Source: an uncultured virus (IMG/VR IMGVR_UViG_3300027687_000007)
Taxonomy: Duplodnaviria > Heunggongvirae > Uroviricota > Caudoviricetes > Crassvirales
IMG/VR virus record: IMGVR_UViG_3300027687_000007
Length of the DNA: 64,000 bases
Strand: one strand, 5' to 3'
Within the stretch, counting starts at the first letter, position 1, and each line of letters begins with the position of its first letter. The notes under the pieces were generated by a model. That model searched no databases. It was not told where the DNA came from and saw only the letters and a list, made by a program, of their open reading frames with translations. Both the position numbers and the translations under genes were made by a program. Positions 9,376 to 19,996 of the stretch are shown here, piece by piece.

Positions 9376-12300
9376 CTTGTTTCTTTTTGTTTTGTAATTC
9401 AATTATTTTTTTAACTCTATTTTCTTCAATTCTTAAGGTTTTTATTTGTTTTTTTGTTAACCCTAAATCTAATAACATTATAGTTTGCTCTTTAGTAGTA
9501 GTTTGACTTTTCATATCGTCTATTTCAGCTCTAACTTTCATTTCAGGTGTTTCAATAACTTTGTCATCAACACCGTAATAAGGTAAACCTACATCCCAAG
9601 TTGACCAACCTAATGCCACGGCAACTTTTTGCCATTTTTCAGATGAATCACTATATATAGTTCTTAATGCGTTTATTTTAATAACAGCTTCATCTACTGG
9701 TATATTACTTAAAGCTGCTATTGTTTGAGCGGTTGCAAGATAAGCTGGATTGTTTAAATTAAAACCTGCATCTTCCATTTCTTTTTTGTTCCATGAAAAA
9801 GTATTAGCTGCACTTTTTAGTTTTCTTAACTTAGCTTGTAAAGGAGGTGATATAGAAAATAAATCATCAATAGCTTCTGCGTAATCAGGACTTTTATTGT
9901 CCATTTCTTCTGCTATAGTCATTAATGTGTTTTTAAGAGTAACTGCTAAAGCTCCTTGGATTCCTAAACCTCTAATTTGAGAATCAAATGCGCCGTTTAA
10001 AGTTCTTGCTACTCTTCGTTCTCTATCAGCTTGACTTCCTGGAAGTACATTACCATCTTCGTCTTCATCGTTAAACAATAAAAACTGCATACCTTGAGTT
10101 AAACCGTTAAACAAGAGATTTTGAACAGTAGAATAATATATTAACTTAGATATGTTTTCTTTATCATTTCCTCTTCTAGCTATTAAATCTTCTATAGCTC
10201 TTTTCTGTATTCTAGCGTACTGCATTTGAGTGTTACCAAATGAAAGTATTAATCTACCAGCAGCAGATCTTTGTTGATCACTTATCTTAGCTGGATTACT
10301 AGATTGCTGCGCTGTTTCTGATATAGCGTAAAAATCTTCAAAAGCTTTTTGCTCTGCCAATTTAGGATCCATGCCAGTAGCTAATAAAGCTTTTAATCTA
10401 TTTCTATAATAAGTAGCTCCACCAGTTGCTATTGCAAAACTGTCAGCATACCTTGTAAACACAAAACCTTTATTCAAAGCTAATGCTATAAAGTCTTTGG
10501 TTTTATTACCGCTGCTTGCTGCTAAATCTGCTATTTCTGATTCACTAATATTTATTTTTAAACCATCTCTTCTTTCTACTAAATACGGAGAGTTAAACAA
10601 GAACATTACATCTTTCCAATATTGAGGTTGATTAGCAAAAGCTTGCGCAGCCTTTAAAGGGTTATTATCACTCCAGTTTATAAAGTTTACATTAGATATC
10701 ATTTGCATCAATGCTGATCTAGTGTTTAAAAACATCACAACACCTACTGAGTTGTTAATCCAATCGTACCACCTTGTTGTTATTGAATCACTACCAGTAC
10801 TTCTGTTGCTACCACTTTTTTGAGATTTTATTGAATTTTTAAGGGCATTGACATAAGCTGTTCCAAAAGCAGCTTCTAACTTATTTAATACAGTTGGTGA
10901 AAATATAATATCTATATTCTCCTGCCATTCTTGTAAATACTCAGCTCTATTAACTTTGTTTATACCGTTTATAACATCACTTGTTATAGTTCCAGTTGTC
11001 CAGTTTTTGCCTGGTTTAGGATATGGTTTACCTTTTTGTATAACTATTAATTCATCACTAAAAACTTTTAAATCTGGATCATTTTTAATAAAATCAACTA
11101 AATTTTTTACGTCTTTTTGAGACAAACCAGGTATTGTCATACCTTGAGAATTCCATACATAAGCTCTAATAGCGTGCTCATAAGTAAATCTACCTATTCC
11201 AGTTTGTTTTAGTAAACTCTTAGGTAAGTTAGGAAATTTCTTTTTTAAAGTTGTAAAATCAGCACCAGCAGAAACCTTAGCTTTTGATATTTCTATCTCA
11301 GCTTTATTATATGGGTCAAGTAAGTTATCTTTAAAGAAAGCCATTTGAGCATCTCCTACAGCTCCTTTTCCTAATAACTTATATAGTAACCCTGTAAAAT
11401 CCTCGGCCGATGGAGGTATGTAGAAATTAAATTTACCTTTACTAGCTCCTATTGTTTGAGCTTTAGCCGCGGAATATTGTTTATAAGCTTCAATGCCAGT
11501 TTTTTGTTCTATAATGTCGTTTATTATAGAGGTGAAAACAATTGACTTGCTTTGCTTAGCTACTTGAACTTCAGACTTTATATCTAATACATCTAAAACA
11601 GCTTTAACCGCTTGTGCGTTTTTAATAGCGTCATCAGCAAAATAAAAATCATTATAACCTTCAGCTGCTTTACCAACTATCCAATTAGCTTTGGCTTGTG
11701 GAGCTCCATTCGCCAAACCTACTATGTTTCCTTCTATTAAAGTTACGCCTTCTGATTTTAACCAAGCGTATATTGCTGGCGCAGCTTCAGCAGGTCTAGC
11801 TGTTAATATGAATACATTTTTATTTCCATATTTTTCTACAGCTCTTTTTAACTTACCAAATAATGGTCCTCGTTTTCCTCCTATAACTTTGTTAAATTCT
11901 GAAAAATCAAACGTAGCACCTATGTCTTCTAAATTAGTATGTTCTAAAGCAAACTCAGTAGCGTCTATCTTTTTAAAAGTTCCATCAGGCATTGTAACAC
12001 CTATCTTACTATTTGTTATACCTACAGTGTCATCAAAATCTAATACAGATATACCCATAACCGGAGGATTTATTCTCCTAGACATTTGTAAAGCTGTATC
12101 ATAGTTATTTAATATTTCTATTTGACCTGATATGCTTTGACTTAGTTTATTTGATGCTTTAGAACCAAAATTAACGCTATTGCTGTTAAAAGAAGCTACT
12201 TTATCTTTTAATAATCTTTGATAAACTTTAAACTCTGCTTTAGCAGCTTGCACTGTCATGTCACCTGTAAGAACTCTAGTTATTAAACCATTAGCTTTCA

Positions 12301-15300
12301 TGCCTGCCATGTCAATTCCAACTTGGAAATCAGCTCCTTTCAACCCATCTAATCCTGTTAGTTTACCAACAAATAACTCACCTATCGTTATATTAGGCTT
12401 AATAAGATTATATTCAAAAGGATTAGCTACATTGTTTTCACTGTATCTTATCCAAGACGCCATACCAGCAGGTAAAAAATCTAATTTTCCAGCTTCTAAA
12501 AGCGGAAGAACTAAATCATAATAACTTTTAGGTAATTTATCTAATAGCCCAAATTGCTTTAATGCCAAATCGTTTGCTAATTTAAGAGCTCCTTGGCCAT
12601 AAGATTTAGATATTATATTATCAAACTCGCTTTCAACTTTACCTTTTATGGCTGCGTCTAATAGTGATTTTCCAGCTTGAACATTAGGCATCATGTGCTC
12701 CTCTGTTACTTCAGAATACAAATCTACTCTTCCTGTATAAGGATCTATAGCATAAAACACAGTTGGCGCTAAAAACCTTATTGCGTGACTTTGATCTTTG
12801 CTAGATTCACTTTGCCATAGCGAAAAAGTTGAAGCAGATTCTTTATTATTTTTAATATAATCCTGTATGTTTAAAAACAATTTTTTTAACAGGTCTTGTT
12901 TCTTTTTTATTAAACCAGGGTTTTCTATTAACTTTGTTATTGCTGCTTTATTTAATTTTCTTCCTTTTCGAGTATACTTATTTCTAATTAAAGGACCTGT
13001 AGTGTCATACCCAGGAAATATTTTATCAAAAGTATCTGTATCTGTGAATGTAAAACCAAACCCACCTGTCATACCTGATCTAAATAAATAAGCTTGCTTA
13101 GGGTGTAGTTTAAAGAAACCTTCTAAATCATTTATTATTTTTATACCAGCTGGAGTTGTTAAGTCTACTGTCCTAGCGTTAACTGTTTCTCCTTTACTGT
13201 TTACTCTTTGAGTTACAATTGTTGTTAGATCAGGAAGAGGAACTACAAATACTCCTTTCTTAAAGTCTCTTTCTACTTTTATGCCTTCAGATCTTTTTAC
13301 TTGAGCTTTTTGCTTAGCACCTTCTGATTCAGTTGTTGAACCCTCTTGCACCTTAGCATCTATAGCTAGTTCTATTGCGCTTAAAGTTTGTAGTCTAGCT
13401 ATTAGTTCTAAAAGACCTTTAGATGCATTAGCTGATGTTCCTCTAGAATCTTTAATATTACCTTTAGGATCTAAACCAAAAACAGAATAAAAATAAGTTA
13501 AGTTTAATTTACTAGGATCTAGCTTGTATTGGAAATTATTATTTATTTTAGGTCCTTGAATAAAAAATGCATCAATAATTGTTTGAGCTAGTCTTCTACC
13601 TTCACCACCTATTTTTTTAGGTTTGAACTTTCCTTCAACAGTTTGTAACGGCGCGTTTCCTTTTATTTGCTTTAATAAAGCTAATAAAGTTGGTCCATTA
13701 GACTTTATCCACATTTGAACAGGTGTAACTTCACCTTTTCTTAAATTGTCGTTTGGTTCTAATATACGTGAAACTGGTATACCTAATTGATCTGCTAATT
13801 GTTGAGCTGCGATTTTAGAAAAAGGCTTTAAATCTTTTAAAGTCATTTTATCTAAATCTATCTTACCTGATTCAATTTGTTCTTTAACAAAATCAATTAT
13901 AGGGTTTGCGTTAGCAAGCTTTGTTACTTTAAAAGGATCTATAGTAACTTGTTCAGAGGCTTCTACATTTACTGGATCTGTCATTTCAACTGTTCCAGCT
14001 GATGAATCATTTAATTCATTAGTGTTAAATATAATGTTACCAAGCGCTTTAGCTCTTTCATATATTTTATCTTTTCTATCACCTAGTCTTCGTATGTAAG
14101 TTGTTACAGCGAAATCAGTATTATAACCTTCCCCTTCTTCAAATAACGGCGTGGTTTTACCACTCCACTTAGCAACTTCTCCACCAATAATAAGTTCTAT
14201 TATAGCTTTTTTTACATCGTTTTCATCTATGCCTTTTTCACCTCTTCTTTGGTAACCTATTATTGGTTTTATAACTCCAAAATTTGCTTCAACAAAAGCT
14301 TCAGCCGCTGGGTATTTATCTTTTGCAGCTCCTTGTCTAATCATTAACACTAGATCTTTATTGGTGAACAAACCTTTTCTCCACTCAGATAAAAAATTAG
14401 CTCCTTCAGGTGATATTGATTCTGATTTTTTAGAACTTGTAAGTAAAACCTCATCTAAGCCTACGCTACCGTCATCCAATTGACCTTCAATATCTCCTTG
14501 CCAAACATCACTATTTATTATATCAGTTATAGACTGCTCTGTTAAAGTTTGATTTTTATATCCTTCAGCTACTTGTCTCAATAACTCTACTACACCTTTA
14601 GCTCCTTTAAAGTCATAATCAAAATCTTTACCAACAGCTTCAGATGTTGCTTTATTAAATCCAATACCTAAAGTTGACCAAAAACCTTGCTCTTTACCTT
14701 TTTCAAAATTAATTCTATCTAATTCTTCTAAGAAAACAGTTAACACTTCGTCAAAACCTTGGCCCTCGGTTTTACGTGCTATTCTAATATATGCATCATA
14801 ATCAAACTCAGCAAGATAAGTTAATATGGTCCCAGCTAAAGATTTAAAAGCCTCTGGATTAGTACCTAAAGCTTCTGTAAAAATAACATGACCCGTTATT
14901 TCATGTAAACCTACTCCACCATTATTATTTAATATAGCGTTTTCAATAGTAACTACAGAGTCGTAAACTGGTTTACCTGTTTTTACATTAATAGATATAA
15001 AATTAATACCATTTACAGTACCATCTTTTAATCCGGCTTTAAAATCTTCTATTGCTTTTCTACCTGCTTCTTCTTTACTTATAGGATCTATTTTAGAACC
15101 TCTAAACTGTATATTTGGATCTGCTATTCTAGCATTAACCATGTCTGTGAAAGCTGCTAAAGCATCTGCATTAGTATCTAAGATGCTATAATTTACATCT
15201 ATTCCTTTTCCACGTAAAAGAGATATCATTGCAAAATCATTTTCTGCATTGCCTCTTATAGTATCTTCAGTGTATAGCTGTTCAGCTATATTAAGTAGTT

Positions 15301-18202
15301 GAGCATCAGAAGGACTGTTATTACCTTTTGATTTTAGTTTTGCTTTAGCTCTATCTTTTAAATCGTTTTGAACAGAAACAGAAAGCAACCCAAACTTTTT
15401 AGTGAAAGCTACTAAGTAAGCATCTAGGTTTGATTTAGTTATAGAAAACTCAAGTTCTAGCGCCGCTATTTGTTTTGATACATCAATCGCTATTCCAGGT
15501 TTTTTAGCTTCTGCTCTAAGTGATATAGCTTGTTCTTTAAGATAAGTAAGTCTGTTTATAGAGTTGACATAAAGCTTCCAACCAGTGGCGTCTAGGTTTA
15601 AATCTATTAATTCACTTCTTTCTTTTAGTATAGCATCGTTTCTTTTTAATTTATCATCTATAAGACCTTTGTAGTAAATTTTTGTATTAATATCAAGATC
15701 TGGTCCACCTTCGTTCTTAGCTATGATTTCTTGATATTCAGCTATGTCTCTAACGTTTTGATCAAACTCCGCGTTTGTAGTAGGATCAGTTAAAGCTCTC
15801 ATTGAAGCTCCTGCTATTATTGGAACTCCTGTAAAACTTGTTGAGAATATTAAAGACGTAAAACCAGCTTCACCAAAACCTTCGTACATAGGTCTTCCGG
15901 ATATAACATTTTGCCACAATTGAGTAATTAAAACTTCACCACCAACATCTGCTGCGGTTAATTTTAAGAAATCTGGAGTTGCTTTTCTTACATCTCTAAA
16001 AAAAGCTTGTACTCCTGATTCAAGAGTTTGCTTGTCAAGTTTTAAGTTTTGAATATACTTGAATTGCATTTTCATAGGCAAAGCACTACCTAAACCTTCA
16101 ACTAACGCAAAGCCAAAAGCTTTTGCTAAAGTGCTTTCTCTATCAAACTCAATACCTTGAGCTTTTGCTCTATTAAATTCATCAACATAATAATCACCAC
16201 CAGCAGACAACGCAGCTAAATAAAGGCCAATATGTGGTATAGCAACAGTAGCAAAAAACGGTAGTTGTTCTATAGCTGTTTGACTAAGAAAATATAAAAA
16301 ATTAGGAAATGAGTAAAAAGATCCATTTGGTCCTTTACCAAACTCAACATCTTTTACATAGTCAAGTTTTCTTAATTCAATTAAATCTTTAAAACCTGCT
16401 TGAGCTTCTAAAAAATCATCGCCTAATGCTTGAGCAATTATTTTAGACATAAACAAACCTGGCGCAAAAATTCCTGCATTAGCTATAGCTTTATCAGGAA
16501 CATCCGCCATGCTTTGCAATATTATTTGCATCCAACTCATACTGGTATTGGAAAATCCCATACCAAGCTCACTGTTTGTAAAAAACCCTACGGCATTAGG
16601 AAGTGTAACAGGCGCCAACCCACCACCGCCAAATGAAATTCCAGTCATAGATGGTTTTCCAAAGTATTTTTCTGATAGACTATAACTTCTTCTTAAGTAA
16701 TCTAAGTTTTCTTCAGCAGTGTCTTTAACTTCGTTAGTAGCAATAAACTCTGCGTAATCATAATTAATTAAGTCAAATTGCTGTTGTATTGTTTTTCTTT
16801 CAGTGCTTAATATATTAGACCTTTTATTGAAACTAGCCGCTAAAGCATTGTATGTATTTTGATCCTCTAAAGAATTAATACCAATTTTTTGTTTTGCTTT
16901 TATTCCTGCACTTAAAGTATTTATTTCTCCATAAACCCTTTCTAACTCAACGCTCATCAAGTTTACAGTTTTAACTATATCACTATTTTTTAAAGATTCA
17001 TATTCTTCTACTAGTCTAATAGACTCAATTTCTGGATTAAAAGTACTTTCAATACCAAGAGCGTAATCATGGTTTTGTTTTCTTTCTTCGTCACTTATAT
17101 CACTTAAGTAATCTCTATTTTTTTGATCTTTTAAAGCTGTGTATTTATTTCTTGCAATTTGAAGTTTTGTTACACCTCTTATTTCAGCTTCAGTTATAGG
17201 CTCCTCACTAGATGTTTCTTCTCTTTGGCTTTGTAAAAATGAAATAGCCATATTTCTTTCTTCTTCGTAAGGAACCGTAGTGATGGTTACATTTTCAGTT
17301 GTACCCTCTGATCGATAAGACATCTTCAAGTCCATTCCGCTAAGGCCAGCGTTTGGAATAGCTCTTACTGTTTCTGTTACCTGAGTGTCTAAGTTAATTA
17401 AACCTACTTCATTTTGAATAGCTAAATACTCTTTAAGAGTAACGTCACTTGCTTCTTGATATTTTTCGTACTGTAATCTTATTTTTTTCTCTACATCTGT
17501 TTCATCTTTTTTAAACGCGTAAACAGTTACCTCGTCTAAATCTCCAACATTACCAGTACCATCATCCATAACAAAACCATCCTCAAGTTTGTCAAGTTCA
17601 CTTTGTGGTTTTTGTTCTTGTATTTTTTTTTCAGCTTCTATATAAACATCAATATCAAAATCATCAATAAAACCTAGTCTTGATGCAACTAACCTGGTAG
17701 CTAAACCGTCTCCAGTGGTATCAATCCAATCATCCGAACCTAACGCTTTAGCGTAAAAAATTGGTTGTGAAGTTATTGGATCTACTGTGTATTTATAAGC
17801 ACCGTCACCATAGTCAAAAACTTCACCAGGTGGAGCTGTGTATGTTTGGTTAAATTCAAAAGGCGCAGCGTCTTCATTTGCAAAAGGGAATATTGGTTCC
17901 GGTGGAATAGGATCAATAGGTAATCCCGATAAAGCAACTTCCGAGCTGGATCCCGTATCTTTTTCTGTCTCCACAGTTGGATCCGCACTTGTAGAGACAT
18001 TTGTCTTTGCTGGTTTAACAGGGTCTATATCTTTATTAATTTCTTCAGATATTTCAGTTTCAACTTTTAAGTCTATTGGTTTTTCCTCTTTAACATCTAA
18101 AGGTTTGTTGGATATTTTCCACTCTTTTATTCTCTCTATTCTTTGTTCTTTAGTTAAACCTAAGTCTTTAAGAGAAGCTGTGAATGATTCTAATTCTGTC
18201 AT
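9368..18202 (-). CDS. giant multidomain virion cargo/ejection (polyvalent) protein
   Basis: 2944 aa after tail genes; HExxxH (HEITGH), HAD motifs (DFDDT, ILTAR, FADD), sigma-like segment, hydrophobic helices. Confidence 0.75.
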   Translation of the reverse strand: MTELESFTASLKDLGLTKEQRIERIKEWKISNKPLDVKEEKPIDLKVETEISEEINKDIDPVKPAKTNVSTSADPTVETEKDTGSSSEVALSGLPIDPIPPEPIFPFANEDAAPFEFNQTYTAPPGEVFDYGDGAYKYTVDPITSQPIFYAKALGSDDWIDTTGDGLATRLVASRLGFIDDFDIDVYIEAEKKIQEQKPQSELDKLEDGFVMDDGTGNVGDLDEVTVYAFKKDETDVEKKIRLQYEKYQEASDVTLKEYLAIQNEVGLINLDTQVTETVRAIPNAGLSGMDLKMSYRSEGTTENVTITTVPYEEERNMAISFLQSQREETSSEEPITEAEIRGVTKLQIARNKYTALKDQKNRDYLSDISDEERKQNHDYALGIESTFNPEIESIRLVEEYESLKNSDIVKTVNLMSVELERVYGEINTLSAGIKAKQKIGINSLEDQNTYNALAASFNKRSNILSTERKTIQQQFDLINYDYAEFIATNEVKDTAEENLDYLRRSYSLSEKYFGKPSMTGISFGGGGLAPVTLPNAVGFFTNSELGMGFSNTSMSWMQIILQSMADVPDKAIANAGIFAPGLFMSKIIAQALGDDFLEAQAGFKDLIELRKLDYVKDVEFGKGPNGSFYSFPNFLYFLSQTAIEQLPFFATVAIPHIGLYLAALSAGGDYYVDEFNRAKAQGIEFDRESTLAKAFGFALVEGLGSALPMKMQFKYIQNLKLDKQTLESGVQAFFRDVRKATPDFLKLTAADVGGEVLITQLWQNVISGRPMYEGFGEAGFTSLIFSTSFTGVPIIAGASMRALTDPTTNAEFDQNVRDIAEYQEIIAKNEGGPDLDINTKIYYKGLIDDKLKRNDAILKERSELIDLNLDATGWKLYVNSINRLTYLKEQAISLRAEAKKPGIAIDVSKQIAALELEFSITKSNLDAYLVAFTKKFGLLSVSVQNDLKDRAKAKLKSKGNNSPSDAQLLNIAEQLYTEDTIRGNAENDFAMISLLRGKGIDVNYSILDTNADALAAFTDMVNARIADPNIQFRGSKIDPISKEEAGRKAIEDFKAGLKDGTVNGINFISINVKTGKPVYDSVVTIENAILNNNGGVGLHEITGHVIFTEALGTNPEAFKSLAGTILTYLAEFDYDAYIRIARKTEGQGFDEVLTVFLEELDRINFEKGKEQGFWSTLGIGFNKATSEAVGKDFDYDFKGAKGVVELLRQVAEGYKNQTLTEQSITDIINSDVWQGDIEGQLDDGSVGLDEVLLTSSKKSESISPEGANFLSEWRKGLFTNKDLVLMIRQGAAKDKYPAAEAFVEANFGVIKPIIGYQRRGEKGIDENDVKKAIIELIIGGEVAKWSGKTTPLFEEGEGYNTDFAVTTYIRRLGDRKDKIYERAKALGNIIFNTNELNDSSAGTVEMTDPVNVEASEQVTIDPFKVTKLANANPIIDFVKEQIESGKIDLDKMTLKDLKPFSKIAAQQLADQLGIPVSRILEPNDNLRKGEVTPVQMWIKSNGPTLLALLKQIKGNAPLQTVEGKFKPKKIGGEGRRLAQTIIDAFFIQGPKINNNFQYKLDPSKLNLTYFYSVFGLDPKGNIKDSRGTSANASKGLLELIARLQTLSAIELAIDAKVQEGSTTESEGAKQKAQVKRSEGIKVERDFKKGVFVVPLPDLTTIVTQRVNSKGETVNARTVDLTTPAGIKIINDLEGFFKLHPKQAYLFRSGMTGGFGFTFTDTDTFDKIFPGYDTTGPLIRNKYTRKGRKLNKAAITKLIENPGLIKKKQDLLKKLFLNIQDYIKNNKESASTFSLWQSESSKDQSHAIRFLAPTVFYAIDPYTGRVDLYSEVTEEHMMPNVQAGKSLLDAAIKGKVESEFDNIISKSYGQGALKLANDLALKQFGLLDKLPKSYYDLVLPLLEAGKLDFLPAGMASWIRYSENNVANPFEYNLIKPNITIGELFVGKLTGLDGLKGADFQVGIDMAGMKANGLITRVLTGDMTVQAAKAEFKVYQRLLKDKVASFNSNSVNFGSKASNKLSQSISGQIEILNNYDTALQMSRRINPPVMGISVLDFDDTVGITNSKIGVTMPDGTFKKIDATEFALEHTNLEDIGATFDFSEFNKVIGGKRGPLFGKLKRAVEKYGNKNVFILTARPAEAAPAIYAWLKSEGVTLIEGNIVGLANGAPQAKANWIVGKAAEGYNDFYFADDAIKNAQAVKAVLDVLDIKSEVQVAKQSKSIVFTSIINDIIEQKTGIEAYKQYSAAKAQTIGASKGKFNFYIPPSAEDFTGLLYKLLGKGAVGDAQMAFFKDNLLDPYNKAEIEISKAKVSAGADFTTLKKKFPNLPKSLLKQTGIGRFTYEHAIRAYVWNSQGMTIPGLSQKDVKNLVDFIKNDPDLKVFSDELIVIQKGKPYPKPGKNWTTGTITSDVINGINKVNRAEYLQEWQENIDIIFSPTVLNKLEAAFGTAYVNALKNSIKSQKSGSNRSTGSDSITTRWYDWINNSVGVVMFLNTRSALMQMISNVNFINWSDNNPLKAAQAFANQPQYWKDVMFLFNSPYLVERRDGLKINISESEIADLAASSGNKTKDFIALALNKGFVFTRYADSFAIATGGATYYRNRLKALLATGMDPKLAEQKAFEDFYAISETAQQSSNPAKISDQQRSAAGRLILSFGNTQMQYARIQKRAIEDLIARRGNDKENISKLIYYSTVQNLLFNGLTQGMQFLLFNDEDEDGNVLPGSQADRERRVARTLNGAFDSQIRGLGIQGALAVTLKNTLMTIAEEMDNKSPDYAEAIDDLFSISPPLQAKLRKLKSAANTFSWNKKEMEDAGFNLNNPAYLATAQTIAALSNIPVDEAVIKINALRTIYSDSSEKWQKVAVALGWSTWDVGLPYYGVDDKVIETPEMKVRAEIDDMKSQTTTKEQTIMLLDLGLTKKQIKTLRIEENRVKKIIELQNKKKQDE

Positions 18203-18207
18203 TTAAT

Positions 18208-19308
18208 TTAATTTAAGTCGTTATCAGCTAAAAATTTCTGAGCTTCTTGTTTTTTTGATTCTTCAAGATCAAACACAGCGGCGTCTGCCTGTACCGATGG
18301 TAGTTGGTTAGTTGTAAATTGTTTTAAATAGTTTTTCATAAAATACTCTTTATATTTTTTTGTAAATAAAACTTTGTTACTTTGTAATAATGGTAGATCT
18401 TTTTCATATGACCAACTACTGTGCCCAGCGTTTGCGTTTTGAGCCATTTGATCGTCTTCTTCTTGACTAGTTCCTTGAGCTATATAAACATTCCAAGCCG
18501 CTACTGCATTTTGTTCAGAGCTTAATAAACCTGCAACCTCTGCGTTTATAAAAGGTGATGTCTTTTTATCAATTTTATCCATGTCATATTGCAATACATT
18601 TCTACCTTTGTTGTCTCCTAAATCTATTACTTCATATATAGGATTTCCTTCTGCATCTGTTAAAACAAATTCTTCGCTTATCTTGGCTGTAGGTAATAAA
18701 TTACCATCTTCATCAATCATGTCTTCGCTAAATATTTTTACATCTTTTAATAACTCTAACATGTTTTTACCTATATCTGGAGTAGATGTAACTAAAGAAG
18801 TTCCTGACTCCAATAGCGATGTTAAAGCAGTACTGTTTAAAATAAATTCACCTGGAATACCTGGTCCACTAAAAACTAATTGCTGAGAACCATCGTGTAG
18901 TAAATGTAAACTAGCATTATATCCATCTGTTTTACTAAAACCAGGTTTTGAACTTAATAAGGAATATATTACAGTATATACAAAATTATTATTAGGATCA
19001 TAGTTAGGTTCATCTACAGCGGATACTTGAGATATTAGGTCTGATAAAAAATCTAATGACTTTTGAGGCGCTGCTTCAAGTTCAAGAAGCTTTTTAGTTT
19101 CTAATTCACAATTTTCACTAACACACGTGTTATTTTGTATGGAAAGCTTCATTTTAGCATATATCTTACCAGTAAATTCGTAAGCCTTATTTAATAAATT
19201 AAAGTCATTATTAGTTGGACTTGCTAAATAATCTAAATTATAAGCTATAGCATCACTTTGATTAAGTTGCTTTATTAAAAGATTATTTGTAATATTAGTA
19301 TTTTCCAT
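18208..19308 (-). CDS. hypothetical protein, probable cargo/ejection protein
   Basis: 366 aa, acidic, between ejection-type genes. Confidence 0.55.
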   Translation of the reverse strand: MENTNITNNLLIKQLNQSDAIAYNLDYLASPTNNDFNLLNKAYEFTGKIYAKMKLSIQNNTCVSENCELETKKLLELEAAPQKSLDFLSDLISQVSAVDEPNYDPNNNFVYTVIYSLLSSKPGFSKTDGYNASLHLLHDGSQQLVFSGPGIPGEFILNSTALTSLLESGTSLVTSTPDIGKNMLELLKDVKIFSEDMIDEDGNLLPTAKISEEFVLTDAEGNPIYEVIDLGDNKGRNVLQYDMDKIDKKTSPFINAEVAGLLSSEQNAVAAWNVYIAQGTSQEEDDQMAQNANAGHSSWSYEKDLPLLQSNKVLFTKKYKEYFMKNYLKQFTTNQLPSVQADAAVFDLEESKKQEAQKFLADNDLN

Positions 19309-19321
19309 TTTTTATATTTTA

Positions 19322-19984
19322 TTAAGCTCCCATGCTTATTTGCTCTCCAGCTATCCCTGCCAAAGATCCAAACATACCTGTTACGGCAGAAGTTTCATCT
19401 CTAAAGGCTTCGTTTTCTCTATTTTGAGCTCCAGATAATAAATCAGCAGTTCTATCAAGTTCTTGCAGTTGTCTTGTTTCTCTCGTTCCAAACATAAATT
19501 TTTCTCCCATAACATCAGCTTGTTGTATTCTTTGAGCTTCTGACATTTGTTGAGCTTGAAGTCTTTGTTCTCCTTGAGCTCTTAATTTATCGTTTTGAGC
19601 TTCTTGTTGTTCTATACTAGCTGAAACACCTTTTTTAGATCTTAAAGCAGCTTGAGCTAAAGCGGTTGCTCCACCAGCACTTGCTCCAGTTGCTCTCATT
19701 GTATCTAAAGTATTAGCTAAAGATATATCAGCTTCTTCTATTTGCATTTCTGCGGCTTGAGTTGCCACTGATAAAGTATCCATAGGATTACTTAATAAAC
19801 TACTTAAGCTAGTAATACCAGCATAAGGATTTATTATTTCTTGTCTATTGTTTTCCAAGTCTGCTAACTTAGCTTCAAGCTTTTTTCTTTGATCTCTTGC
19901 TGCGGTAGCTGCTTTTTTTGCTGACGCTGCACCCATGATTCCGCCTGCTATTGAAAAAGCGCCTCCTATTATTGCTGGTAACAT
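19322..19984 (-). CDS. putative ejection/pilot protein
   Basis: Gly/Ala-rich hydrophobic N-terminus and Ala/Gln-rich coiled coils; follows tail genes. Confidence 0.65.
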   Translation of the reverse strand: MLPAIIGGAFSIAGGIMGAASAKKAATAARDQRKKLEAKLADLENNRQEIINPYAGITSLSSLLSNPMDTLSVATQAAEMQIEEADISLANTLDTMRATGASAGGATALAQAALRSKKGVSASIEQQEAQNDKLRAQGEQRLQAQQMSEAQRIQQADVMGEKFMFGTRETRQLQELDRTADLLSGAQNRENEAFRDETSAVTGMFGSLAGIAGEQISMGA

Positions 19985-19996
19985 ATTTTTATATTT

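Noticed and set aside
12680..12710. EEHMMP as a His-Me nuclease motif in the giant protein
   Set aside because: Too short to support without a profile search
17648..17662. DFDID in the giant protein, matching the DxDxD catalytic loop of crAss-like virion RNA polymerases
   Set aside because: It lies in the acidic N-terminal ~180 aa with no recognisable double-psi barrel context; likely chance
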